A stretch of DNA of 23,582 nt from Armatimonadota bacterium (GTDB taxonomy: Bacteria; Armatimonadota; Zipacnadia; Zipacnadales; UBA5352): NCBI GenBank assembly GCA_034722055.1, contig JAYENL010000254.1, positions 1 to 23,582 on the forward strand. The letters run 5' to 3'. Every line of letters starts with the position of its first letter. Position 1 is the stretch's first letter. Under the pieces are notes generated by a model. The model saw only the letters and a list, made by a program, of their open reading frames with translations. It had not been told where the DNA came from and searched no databases. Positions 8,636 through 17,151 of the stretch are shown here, piece after piece. A program made the translations under genes and the position numbers.

Positions 8636-9912
8636 CGCACCTCACCACCTTGGCGATCATCGCTCCAGCCCGCCGGGTCCTTGGGGCAGTCGGCGCTGCA
8701 GATGGGCAGGTCCGGGCAGTCGGGGCAGCGCGTGGGCTGCTTGAGGCGCTCGCGATAGCGCTCGAAGGCCTCGTGGCCCCAGATGTCCGCCCAGGCATCC
8801 GCCAGGAGGTTCCCCGCAGCCTGGGCGCCGCGCGGGGGCAGCACCGTCCCGTCGGCCCGCACCCGGATGGTGATGTCCGCGGAGGTGCGGGGGCCGGCCA
8901 GGACTTGCTCGGCCAGGCCGCGAGCGCTGTCGAAGCGCACCGGGGGCGCCCACAGGTAGCGGGCCTGCGTGCTCTCCGCCAGCTCAATGAAGGTCGTGGC
9001 CACCTGCGGCAGGGCCCGGGCGGGCAGGGCGCCGGAGGCGTCGGCGGCCTCGTCCTCGTCCGGGCAGGCGATGGCGAAGCCCACGATGTTCGTGACCCCC
9101 AGCTCTTGCAGCCGTCCCATCATCTCGTCCAGGTCCGCGAGGTTGGCGTCGATCAGCGGCACCTGCGCCACCACCGCCAGCTCCAGAGCCTGCGCCTGCT
9201 TCACCGCGGCCACGAAGGCCGCGTAGTCCCCCTCGCCGCAGGTCGCATCATGCTCGGCGCGGTCGTGGCAGACGAAGAGCAGGTCGAGGTGGTCCAGCCC
9301 CGCCATGGCGCAGGCCTCGATGACCTGCGGTCCGCTTGACTCCCCGGAGCCGAGCCAGCCGGCGACCGTCCGCAACCCGCAGATCATGCCGATGTCCTCC
9401 GCCGCCTCCACCAGCAGCACAAGCTGCGCCACGTCCCCGGCCGGGTCGGTCTGGATGGCCGCGTGGGGAATCCCGGCGTCCCACAGGCGACGGATGAGCT
9501 GCTTGAAGCGATCCAGCTCGCACTGCTCCACGTCCGCCCGCAGCGGCGCCGCAAGCTGGCGCTGCCACTCCGAGAAGCGGGGGTCGGTGAGGTTGCTGAC
9601 GGGGTAGTTATCGCCGGGCTTGGAGAGGTCGGCGATCAGCTCCTGCACCGCCGCCAGGTCCGCCTGGACCTGACTCTCCGGCGCGCCCGGGAAGCTCTGC
9701 ATGACCCCGGAGACGATCTCCTCCTCGGCGCGCTCCTCCAGGATGCCTCGCGCCATGCGGACGCCGACCGGGGACAGGTAGGCCGCCTCCGCCGCGTTCG
9801 CCAGCAGCAGCCCTCGCCCGTCGGGATCGATCCGCAGGTGGAAGCGCGTCGGCCACTCGCCGACCAGCCGCTCGTAGGGCCTGATGTCTACGCCGTTCGG
9901 CCTGTCTGACAC
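8632..9912 (-). CDS. Degenerate radical SAM/SPASM paralogue lacking CxxxCxxC (putative pseudo-enzyme partner)
   Basis: GTG 9912 with GAGGTG SD 8 nt upstream. Colinear with the upstream rSAM protein (FHLRIDPDGRGLL; APLRAD; RLWDAGIP; AGLDHL; AGNLLADAWADIW; CPDCPDLPICSADCP) but has no CxxxCxxC or GGEP. Confidence 0.85.
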   Translation of the reverse strand: MSDRPNGVDIRPYERLVGEWPTRFHLRIDPDGRGLLLANAAEAAYLSPVGVRMARGILEERAEEEIVSGVMQSFPGAPESQVQADLAAVQELIADLSKPGDNYPVSNLTDPRFSEWQRQLAAPLRADVEQCELDRFKQLIRRLWDAGIPHAAIQTDPAGDVAQLVLLVEAAEDIGMICGLRTVAGWLGSGESSGPQVIEACAMAGLDHLDLLFVCHDRAEHDATCGEGDYAAFVAAVKQAQALELAVVAQVPLIDANLADLDEMMGRLQELGVTNIVGFAIACPDEDEAADASGALPARALPQVATTFIELAESTQARYLWAPPVRFDSARGLAEQVLAGPRTSADITIRVRADGTVLPPRGAQAAGNLLADAWADIWGHEAFERYRERLKQPTRCPDCPDLPICSADCPKDPAGWSDDRQGGEVR

Positions 9913-11339
9913 CGGCTCATCACCTCGCCTCGCCTTGCTCTGAGTTCCAGGGGACAGCCCCCGCCACACAGCCTCAGATGCTCGCAGTCGTGGCACTCGG
10001 GCGGCAGGTCGGAGCGCTCGGGGTGTTCCCGCCGGAATCGGATGCTGGTGAACAGGTCACTCTCCCAGATGCTCTCCCAGTCGTCGCGGAGGATGTTGCC
10101 CGCCGGCTGGTAGTAGGACTGGCAGGGCAACACGTCGCCATTGGGCTCCACGCACACGGAGTACTCGGCGGCATTGCAGAATCGCAGCCCCAGGCCCATC
10201 TCCGCGGGCGAGAGCTCGCAGTGTCGCGTCACGGTGTACCAGATGAAGCGCATCCCCCGCGCCCCCGCCCGGTCGCGCACCCGCGCCACGACCTGGCGGA
10301 GGCGCTCGATGCTCAGGGCGTCGGGGTGGTCTGTGCCGCGGCCGGAGTGGATGATCCCGTTCATCGCGAAGGTCGTCAGCCCCAGCCCCGCGAGGAAGTC
10401 GATGATCGCCTCCGCGTCGGCCGCGTTGTCCTCGGTGAGGGTGGTGTTGGTGATAGTGTGCAGCCCCGCGTCGAGGGCATTGCGGATGCCCGCCACCGTC
10501 TCGTCATACGCCTCGGCGCGGACAATGCGGTTGTGCGGCTCCCGCCGGTGCGACGCGAGCGTGATCTGCACGTGATCGAGCCCGGCCCGCGTGAGTCGCT
10601 CGACCAGCTCCCGGTCGGCGAGCCGCCGGCCGTTCGTGTTCATGCCGCACACCTGGCCGAGGAACTCAGCGTGCTCGACGAGGTCGAGCAGGTCCGGGTG
10701 CAGCGTGGGCTCGCCCCCGGTGAGGATGACGTAGGGTACGCCGATGTCCCAGAGGCGCTCGAGCACCAGCCACCAGTGCTCGACGTTGAGCGACCGCATC
10801 TCCCGGCGCTCGGGCTCGTTGTAGCAGTGCGCGCAGTCGTTGTTGCAGGCGTAGCTCAACGCCAGATCGGCCTTGTAGGGCGCCTGCGCGCGCACCGACA
10901 GCGGCGGCGGCTGCGGGATGCCCAGCTCGCAGATCACGCAGCCCTCCGCGGGTTGCCGCAGCTTCCGCATCGCCGCGGCCATGCGATCGTACTCGGACCG
11001 CAGCGCGAAGTCGCGCACCCCCGGGTAGAAGGTCCGCAGGCGCACGAGCGCCCGGTCGGCGGGCGTGTCGTCGAGCGCCGGCTCGGCCATCTCCACCTGC
11101 TGGGGACCGAGCAGCAGCGCGTCGGTCACGTTGCGCCACAGCACGCCGGTGCCGTCCTCGTGCACGCGCAGGTGCAGGCGCACGCGTCCTTCCGGCGTCT
11201 CGAAGCGCCAGTGGCGCATGCGCACGCCGCGCCGGGGCCGCAGCGCCCCAAGCCGCGCGCCCAGCCGGCCGAGGTCGGCGCGGATCTCTGCGCCCGCGCG
11301 CCTGGCGATACGGCCGAAGAAGGACGAACCGCTTACCAC
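9888..11339 (-). CDS. Radical SAM/SPASM-domain protein with a PqqD/RRE-like N-terminal domain
   Basis: CNNDCAHC at 10824-10847, ILTGGEPT, NTNG, SPASM CNAAEYSVCVEPNGDVLPC...GNIL...CHDCEHLRLCGGGCP. Start GTG 11339 with GAGGAG SD, overlapping the upstream stop. The ORF-track extension to 11930 overlaps other genes. Confidence 0.93.
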   Translation of the reverse strand: MVSGSSFFGRIARRAGAEIRADLGRLGARLGALRPRRGVRMRHWRFETPEGRVRLHLRVHEDGTGVLWRNVTDALLLGPQQVEMAEPALDDTPADRALVRLRTFYPGVRDFALRSEYDRMAAAMRKLRQPAEGCVICELGIPQPPPLSVRAQAPYKADLALSYACNNDCAHCYNEPERREMRSLNVEHWWLVLERLWDIGVPYVILTGGEPTLHPDLLDLVEHAEFLGQVCGMNTNGRRLADRELVERLTRAGLDHVQITLASHRREPHNRIVRAEAYDETVAGIRNALDAGLHTITNTTLTEDNAADAEAIIDFLAGLGLTTFAMNGIIHSGRGTDHPDALSIERLRQVVARVRDRAGARGMRFIWYTVTRHCELSPAEMGLGLRFCNAAEYSVCVEPNGDVLPCQSYYQPAGNILRDDWESIWESDLFTSIRFRREHPERSDLPPECHDCEHLRLCGGGCPLELRARRGEVMSRCQTGRTA

Positions 11340-11674
11340 TTGGGCTTCTCCTCGAGCTGGTAGGTCGTGCCGCAGTACGGGCACTTCACGTAGATGGCGC
11401 CCTCCCGCATCTCGATGGCGTCGGAGTCGAGCTGGGCCCCGCAGGAATTGCAGCGCAGGCGCTCGAGCTCCGTGTCGCCGGTGAAGTCTACCTTGTGGGT
11501 GATCTTGGTCTCCGGGCCCTTTGAGCGCGCCAGGTAGACCAGGAACCCCGCCGCGCCCAGCAGCACCACGCCGATGATCACGCGCGGCAGCGCGTTGCCC
11601 TGACCGGCCGCCACCAGGAAGATCAGTCCCGCGACTCCGAGGACGATCGCAAGCAGGTATCCAGCGGTCTTCAT
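11333..11674 (-). CDS. Small membrane protein: 2 TM helices plus a C-terminal CxxC...CxxC zinc ribbon
   Basis: MKTAGYLLAIVLGVAGLIFLVAAG and VIIGVVLLGAAGFLVYLARSK helices; LRCNSCGAQL...VKCPYCGTTYQLEE; 113 aa; stop overlaps the rSAM start. Confidence 0.85.
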   Translation of the reverse strand: MKTAGYLLAIVLGVAGLIFLVAAGQGNALPRVIIGVVLLGAAGFLVYLARSKGPETKITHKVDFTGDTELERLRCNSCGAQLDSDAIEMREGAIYVKCPYCGTTYQLEEKPKW

Positions 11675-11892
11675 GCCGTCGGCGGCCGGTCGGCCGCGAC
11701 ACCTCCTCAGCAGCGCCTCTTCGCGCCAGCCCTCCAGGATGTTCGGCCTGCGACCGCCCGGCACCTGCCCGAACGCTCGCCATCAGGCCGGCAGCGTCCG
11801 CGCCACGCCGGTCAGGGCGCATATCGGAGGTATCGGGGCGGGGATGCCGAAGAGAGCGTCCGCGGACCATCAGGCGCAGCGGAGGTCCCACG

Positions 11893-13281
11893 ATGGCTGC
11901 CGGCGATCGGCCCAACATACTCTTCATCATCTCCGACGACCAGTCGTTCCCCCATGTCAGCTACGCCGGCGATCCCGTGGTGCGGACGCCCAACTTCGAC
12001 CGCGTGGCCCACCAGGGCGTCATCTTCACCAACGCCTACGTCTCCTCGCCCTCATGCACTCCCTCGCGCGCCTCGGTGCTGACCGGCCGGAATCACTGGG
12101 AGCTGCGCGAGACCGGCAACCTCTGGAGCCTCTGGCCCGGGTGGGCGACATACACACAGCGATTCGCGGACGCCGGCTATCACGTCGGCTACTCGGCCAA
12201 GGGCTGGGCGCCAGGCCGCCGGGAGGACATGCGCGAGAACAACCCCGCCGGCCCCCGCTACGCGGATGTCCGCGAGTTCCTGGCCGCCGACTCCGGAGGG
12301 CGGCCGTTCTGCTACTGGTTCGGCAGTCACCGTCCCCACCGGCCCTACGTGGAGGGCTCCGGCGTGCAGGCCGGCATGAGCCTCGACGACGTGCCGGTGC
12401 CTCTGTTCTTTCCTGACGCCGAGCCCCTGCGCGCCGACATCGCCGACTACTACCTGCAGTGCCAGATGTACGACGCGCAGATCGGCGAGATCCTGGCGGC
12501 CCTGGAGGAGGCCGGCCGGCTGGAGAACACGCTCATCGCGGTGACCAGCGACAACGGCATGCCCTTCCCCCGCTGCAAGGCCAACCTCTATGACTTCGGC
12601 ACGCGCATGCCGCTGGCGGTCGCCTGGCCGGGGGTCATCGAGGGCGGGCGCATCGTGGATGACTTCGTCAGCTTCGCCGACTTCGCCCCGACCTTCCTGG
12701 AGGCCGCGGGCCTTCAGCCGCTGCCACACGCATCGGGCCGTAGCTTCCTGGACGTGCTCACCAGCGGCCGATCCGGCCGCGTCGATCCCCAGCGCGACCG
12801 CGTGCACTGCGGGCGCGAGCGCCATGCCATCTTCGGCACCGGCGGCGTCGGCTACCCCATGCGCTCGCTCCGCACCGACCGGTTCCTCTACATCCGCAAC
12901 TTCGCGCCCGACCGCGGGCCGGCCGGCAACCCGCCGCTCTACGGGGATGTGGACCCGGGCATCACCAAGCGCTACATGATCCGCAATCGTGACCTGCCCC
13001 AGGTGGCGCCGCTGTTCGAGCTGGCCTTCGGCGGACGCCCGCCGGAGGAGCTTTACGACCTGCGGCGCGACCCCGCACAGATGGTCAACGTGGCGCACCT
13101 GCCGGAGTACGAGGAGATCCGGCGCCGGCTGTGGGACGAACTGGAGAGCTACCTGGCGGCCACCGGTGATCCGCGCCTGGAGGACGATAGCTTCGACTTC
13201 GACACACAGGAGTACTTCGGCGGCCGGGCCTGGGCGCCCCGGCGGCAGCCGGAGGTGTTCACCCGCCGGCCACGGCCCTGA
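11893..13281 (+). CDS. Formylglycine-dependent sulfatase (family S1, Cys-type; resembles N-sulfoglucosamine sulfohydrolase-like members)
   Basis: RPNILFIISDD, SCTPSRASVLTGR (CxPxR), TSDNGMPFPRCKANLYDFGTRMPL, EELYDLRRDPAQMVN; GGAGG SD; no signal peptide. Confidence 0.95.
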   Translation: MAAGDRPNILFIISDDQSFPHVSYAGDPVVRTPNFDRVAHQGVIFTNAYVSSPSCTPSRASVLTGRNHWELRETGNLWSLWPGWATYTQRFADAGYHVGYSAKGWAPGRREDMRENNPAGPRYADVREFLAADSGGRPFCYWFGSHRPHRPYVEGSGVQAGMSLDDVPVPLFFPDAEPLRADIADYYLQCQMYDAQIGEILAALEEAGRLENTLIAVTSDNGMPFPRCKANLYDFGTRMPLAVAWPGVIEGGRIVDDFVSFADFAPTFLEAAGLQPLPHASGRSFLDVLTSGRSGRVDPQRDRVHCGRERHAIFGTGGVGYPMRSLRTDRFLYIRNFAPDRGPAGNPPLYGDVDPGITKRYMIRNRDLPQVAPLFELAFGGRPPEELYDLRRDPAQMVNVAHLPEYEEIRRRLWDELESYLAATGDPRLEDDSFDFDTQEYFGGRAWAPRRQPEVFTRRPRP

Positions 13282-13303
13282 TACAGCCTGAGAGGTGACA
13301 CGG

Positions 13304-15574
13304 ATGGCCGACTTCACGGCGACCGAGCGCGGCGTTTCGGTGTGCGATGAGGGAACGATGCTGGCCGAGTTCTGCGCGCCGGGCATCCTCCGCATTCGCG
13401 GCTGGCGCGGCGATGAGCCGCGGATGTCCCCGTTGCTCCGCTACGACCTGTGGCGGCGCCAATGGCCCCAGGTGCAGGTCGAGACGCGCGTGGAGGCCGA
13501 TGGGGCCGTCGCGACCACCGACCTGCTGGCGGTCGAGATGGACGCTGACGCCTCCTTCCGCGTGCTGAACGCGGACGGCGCGGAGCTGCTGGCGACCTTC
13601 CAGCGCCCCATGCTCGGGCCGGCGCCGGGCTTTCGCGCCCGGTTCGCCCTGGAGCAGGCCGATCGCTTCTACGGCCTGGGCGATCAGACCCGGGAGCGCA
13701 TCCAGCACCGGGGGACGAGCGGCGATCTGTGGGTGCGCAACGTCGAGGAGTACATCCCCATCCCCTTCGTGATCTCCACCCGCGGCGTGGGGCTGCTGGT
13801 GCAGACCACCCGCCGCGTCCTCTACGATCTCGGCGCCACCTCCGACGACTGGTTCGGCTTTGAGGCCGAGGGCCAGCACCTCGACCTCTACGTCATCTAC
13901 GGGCCGGAGCCGCTTCAGATCGTCGAGCGCTACACGCGCATCACGGGCCGTCCGATGTTGCCGCCGCGGTGGGGCTTGGGCCTGTGGTTCATCTGTCGCA
14001 CACAGGCGGACGCGAAGGAGTTCACCGACGACTGCCGCAACTTCCGGCGCGAGGGCATCCCCTGCGACTGCATCGGCCTGGAGCCGGGCTGGATGCAGAC
14101 GAACTACGACGCCTCGGTGGAGAAGACCTGGAGCGACGAGCGCTTCCGCATCCCTCCCTACAGCCGCTTCCGCCACACCTTCTTCGCCGCCGCCCAGCGC
14201 ATGGGCTTCAAGCCGGGCCTGTGGCTGTGCAATGACTACGACCTCTCCTATGAGGAGGAGCGGCGCGTCGATCCCGAGCTGAAGCAGGCCGAGCAGCAGC
14301 GCGACGCGGAGCGCGCGGCCTTCGCCACAGGCCACGAGGTGGACGAGCGCCCTTCGGGTCAGCGCCGCCTCGACCGCCTCACGCGCCAGGAGGAGCCGTG
14401 GTTCCAGCACCTGCAGCGCTTCGTGGACGAGGGCGCGCACTGGTTCAAGCAGGACGGCGCCTACCAGGTCCTCGAGCATCCCGATCGCCTGTGGGGCAAC
14501 GGGATGACCGACGCGCAGATGCACAACCTCTACCCCCTCATCTACTCCAAGCAGATGTACCTGGGCTTCCGGGAGCATACCGAGCGGCGGACCTTCCCGT
14601 TCACGCCCGCCGGCTGGGCCGGCCTGCAGCGCTGGACCGGCACCTGGACCGGCGACACCGGAGGCGAGGAGGGCCCGCTGGGAGCCTGCCTGAACCTCAG
14701 CCTCTCCGGACACGGCCTCAGCACCGTGGACATGGAGGCCGGCACGCCGGAGGGCATCCACTTCGGCTTCCTCCTGCCCTGGGCGCAGCTCAACTCCTGG
14801 AACTACTGGCGGCACCCGTGGCTGCAGGGGGAGCGCCTGCAGTGCATCTTCACCGACTACGCCCGCCTGCGCTACCGGCTGCTGCCCTACCTCTACTCCT
14901 GCGCCTGGCAGGCCCACCGCACGGGCGTGCCCATGATGCGCGCCATGCCGCTCGTTCACGACCAGCCGGACGCGGACGAGTGCCTCCGGCAGTTCTATCT
15001 GGGCCCCTCCCTGCTGGCGGGCTGCTTCACCGACCGGCTGTGGGTGCCCGGGGGCCAGTGGCACAACTTCTGGACCGGCGAGCGCTTGGACGGCGGCGGA
15101 TGGATCAGCCCGGAGGTGCCCGAGGGCCGCGGCGGGCCGCTGCTGGCTCCCGCGGGCGGGATGCTGCTGATGGGTCCGGAGATGGACTACGTCGGTCAGC
15201 GGCCGGACGATGAGCTGACGGTGCACGTCTTCGCCGGCGCGGCCGGCGAGATCACGCTCTACGAGGACGATGGCGAGACCTTCGCCTTCGAGGAGGGCGA
15301 GTACCGCACCCAGCGCATCTGCCACGAGCCGGTGGGCGACGGCCTGGGCGTGCACTTCGGCCCCGCGGAGGGCGAGTTCGAGGGCGCACTCGCCCGCCGG
15401 GAGCTGACCGTGGTGGCGCACGGCCTGCAGGACGTGACCAGCGTGGTCCTCGACGGGGAGGCGATCGCCCCATCGGCAGACGGCCCGCGGCCTCGCTGGC
15501 AGTGGCAGGCGAACGTGGTCACCGTGGAGCTGGGCCGGCGCGACGTGGGGCGCCTGGAGCTGGTTATCGAGTAG
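13304..15574 (+). CDS. Glycoside hydrolase family 31 (alpha-glycosidase)
   Basis: FYGLGDQ, IPIPFVIS, YTRITGRPMLPPRWGLG, FRREGIPCD, WFKQDG (nucleophile position), WTGD (acid/base), LRYRLLPYLYS, GVPMMRAM, LYEDDGET. ATG 13304 is preferred over GTG 13295 because of the GAGGTG SD. Confidence 0.92.
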   Translation: MADFTATERGVSVCDEGTMLAEFCAPGILRIRGWRGDEPRMSPLLRYDLWRRQWPQVQVETRVEADGAVATTDLLAVEMDADASFRVLNADGAELLATFQRPMLGPAPGFRARFALEQADRFYGLGDQTRERIQHRGTSGDLWVRNVEEYIPIPFVISTRGVGLLVQTTRRVLYDLGATSDDWFGFEAEGQHLDLYVIYGPEPLQIVERYTRITGRPMLPPRWGLGLWFICRTQADAKEFTDDCRNFRREGIPCDCIGLEPGWMQTNYDASVEKTWSDERFRIPPYSRFRHTFFAAAQRMGFKPGLWLCNDYDLSYEEERRVDPELKQAEQQRDAERAAFATGHEVDERPSGQRRLDRLTRQEEPWFQHLQRFVDEGAHWFKQDGAYQVLEHPDRLWGNGMTDAQMHNLYPLIYSKQMYLGFREHTERRTFPFTPAGWAGLQRWTGTWTGDTGGEEGPLGACLNLSLSGHGLSTVDMEAGTPEGIHFGFLLPWAQLNSWNYWRHPWLQGERLQCIFTDYARLRYRLLPYLYSCAWQAHRTGVPMMRAMPLVHDQPDADECLRQFYLGPSLLAGCFTDRLWVPGGQWHNFWTGERLDGGGWISPEVPEGRGGPLLAPAGGMLLMGPEMDYVGQRPDDELTVHVFAGAAGEITLYEDDGETFAFEEGEYRTQRICHEPVGDGLGVHFGPAEGEFEGALARRELTVVAHGLQDVTSVVLDGEAIAPSADGPRPRWQWQANVVTVELGRRDVGRLELVIE

Positions 15575-15591
15575 ACGAGGAGGGATGCCGC

Positions 15592-16962
15592 GTGGTCAAG
15601 TTCCTGTTCCTCGACAACTGGGAGCTGGAGGTCGTGGAGGGATTCGCGCGGCGGCTGCAGCGGCCCGAGAAGCATCCTGATAACCCGCTGATGATCGCCG
15701 ATCAGCCGTGGGAGAACGGGAACATGCAGCTCTACGGCAGCGTGGTCCGCCGCCCCGACGGGCTCTTCCAGCTCTGGTACAGCGTGATCCACGAGCCGTG
15801 GACGATGCGCCTGGCCTACGCGGAGAGCGATGACGGCATCGAGTGGCACAGGCCGCGGCTGGAGCTGTTCGAGTGGCAGGGGCAGCAGACCAACATCGTC
15901 TTCACCGACAATCCGCACGGTCCGGCGGTCATCTACGACGCCGAGGACCCCCGCGAACACTGGCGCTACAAGATGGTGGCCGGCGCCAGTCCCCATCACC
16001 ACGCAGGTTGCATCCACGGCTTCCACAGCCCGGACGGGATTCACTGGGAGCAGGTGGGGCCCGGTCCGATCATCGCCACCCCGCCGGACTGCCCCATGGC
16101 CTTCTATCGCCAGCAGGACGGGCGCTACGTGGTTCACCATCGCCTGCAGGGGTATGGCCGGCGCGTCTTCCGCAGCGACTCCTGGGACTTCCAGCGCTTC
16201 AGCGAGCCGCGGATGATCATGGAGCCGGACGCCGGCGACGGACCGCAGGTGCAGCACTACGGGATGGGCGCCACCACCTGCGGGCCATACCACATCGGCA
16301 CCCTCTGGATCTACCATACCGAGCCGTCGGCGCTCACCTCCGGCAAGATGGCCGGCTACCAGGAGGCGGAGCTGACCTACGCCCGGTCGGGCTACGCCTG
16401 GCACCGCGCGGCCCAGGGCGAGGCCTTCATCCCGCATGGTGAGCCAGCCGACTGGGACCGTGGGAACCTGCAGTGCGCCTCGCAGCCGGTCTTCATGGAG
16501 CACGAGATCCGCTACTACTACATGGGCACCACGGCCCGCCACGAGAGCCGCTGGGAGCTGCTGCCGCAGACGGCCGGGCTGGGGATGGCGCGCCTTCGGC
16601 CCGACGGCTTCGTAGCCCTGGAGGCCAGCGAGGAGACGGCGGAGCTGCTGACCGTCGGCTTCGCGCTCCCGTCCGACCGCCTGCATGTGAACGCGGCGGT
16701 ACGGGCCGACGGCTGGGTGCGGGCGGAGCTGCTGAGGGCGGACGGCTCGCCGGTCCCCGGCTGCACCATGGAGGACTGCGCGCCCCTGGAGGGCGACCGC
16801 ACCGACCACCGCCTGCGGTGGCCCGGCGGCAACGTGGACTCCGTCGTTGGGGAGGGGGTCCGGCTACGTGTGCAGGCCCGCGAAGCCAGCCTCTTCTCGG
16901 TCTACGCGCTGGAGCCGGATGAGGAGCCGGTCTACTGGCGGTTCGCCGCCGCACGGCGGTAG
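15592..16962 (+). CDS. Putative beta-propeller glycosidase-like protein (GH32/43/130-like fold) with a C-terminal beta-sandwich
   Basis: GTG 15592 after GAGGAGG. KHPDNPL, Asp-box-like repeats YAESDDGIEW, SPDGIHW, SWDFQRF and RSGYAW, and LRPDGFV at the domain boundary. Confidence 0.7.
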   Translation: MVKFLFLDNWELEVVEGFARRLQRPEKHPDNPLMIADQPWENGNMQLYGSVVRRPDGLFQLWYSVIHEPWTMRLAYAESDDGIEWHRPRLELFEWQGQQTNIVFTDNPHGPAVIYDAEDPREHWRYKMVAGASPHHHAGCIHGFHSPDGIHWEQVGPGPIIATPPDCPMAFYRQQDGRYVVHHRLQGYGRRVFRSDSWDFQRFSEPRMIMEPDAGDGPQVQHYGMGATTCGPYHIGTLWIYHTEPSALTSGKMAGYQEAELTYARSGYAWHRAAQGEAFIPHGEPADWDRGNLQCASQPVFMEHEIRYYYMGTTARHESRWELLPQTAGLGMARLRPDGFVALEASEETAELLTVGFALPSDRLHVNAAVRADGWVRAELLRADGSPVPGCTMEDCAPLEGDRTDHRLRWPGGNVDSVVGEGVRLRVQAREASLFSVYALEPDEEPVYWRFAAARR

Positions 16963-17151
16963 GCCGGACTGGCTGGGGAGTCGTGCTGTCGGCGAAACGC
17001 GCGGTCGAGGACGCCCGGAGGCGGCTCCGGTTCCGTTCTGCTGCCACACCCCGCCAGCGCCCTGTCACCACCTGACGGTCACTTGCACAAGCCCACGAAC
17101 GTTGATGATGAGAGTAGTCGGCGGCCCCGCTTACGGTGCCGAGGAGGATTC

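Noticed and set aside
8632..9912. Pseudogene call for the degenerate rSAM
   Set aside because: The ORF is intact, has an SD and translational coupling, and retains a 4-Cys motif; no frameshift or internal stop.
9888..11339. Naming the enzyme pqqE, mftC or a heme d1/Ahb protein
   Set aside because: No pqq, mft or nir/ahb partner genes or precursor peptides are in the window; the similarity is only at SPASM-family level.
11675..11892. Small precursor peptide ORF upstream of the rSAM operon
   Set aside because: No short ORF with a convincing SD, coding bias or Cys-rich core was found; the region is probably the divergent promoter.
11340..11930. N-terminal extensions given by the ORF track (rSAM from 11930; also starts at 5149, 6008, 6851, 9996, 11764, 15502, 19900)
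   Set aside because: They overlap neighbouring genes or precede clear signal/prepilin N-termini; downstream starts have better SD or coupling.
9888..13281. rSAM/SPASM as an anaerobic sulfatase maturase (anSME) for the divergently transcribed sulfatase
   Set aside because: anSMEs start almost directly with the rSAM domain, whereas this protein has a long RRE-like N-terminus and is coupled to a separate five-gene unit. Adjacency alone is weak evidence, though not formally excluded.
17083..17115. Plus-strand promoter (TTGCAC) or hammerhead-like TGATGA
   Set aside because: No properly spaced TAnnnT -10 box, and the hammerhead core (CTGATGA...GAAA with flanking stems) is absent.
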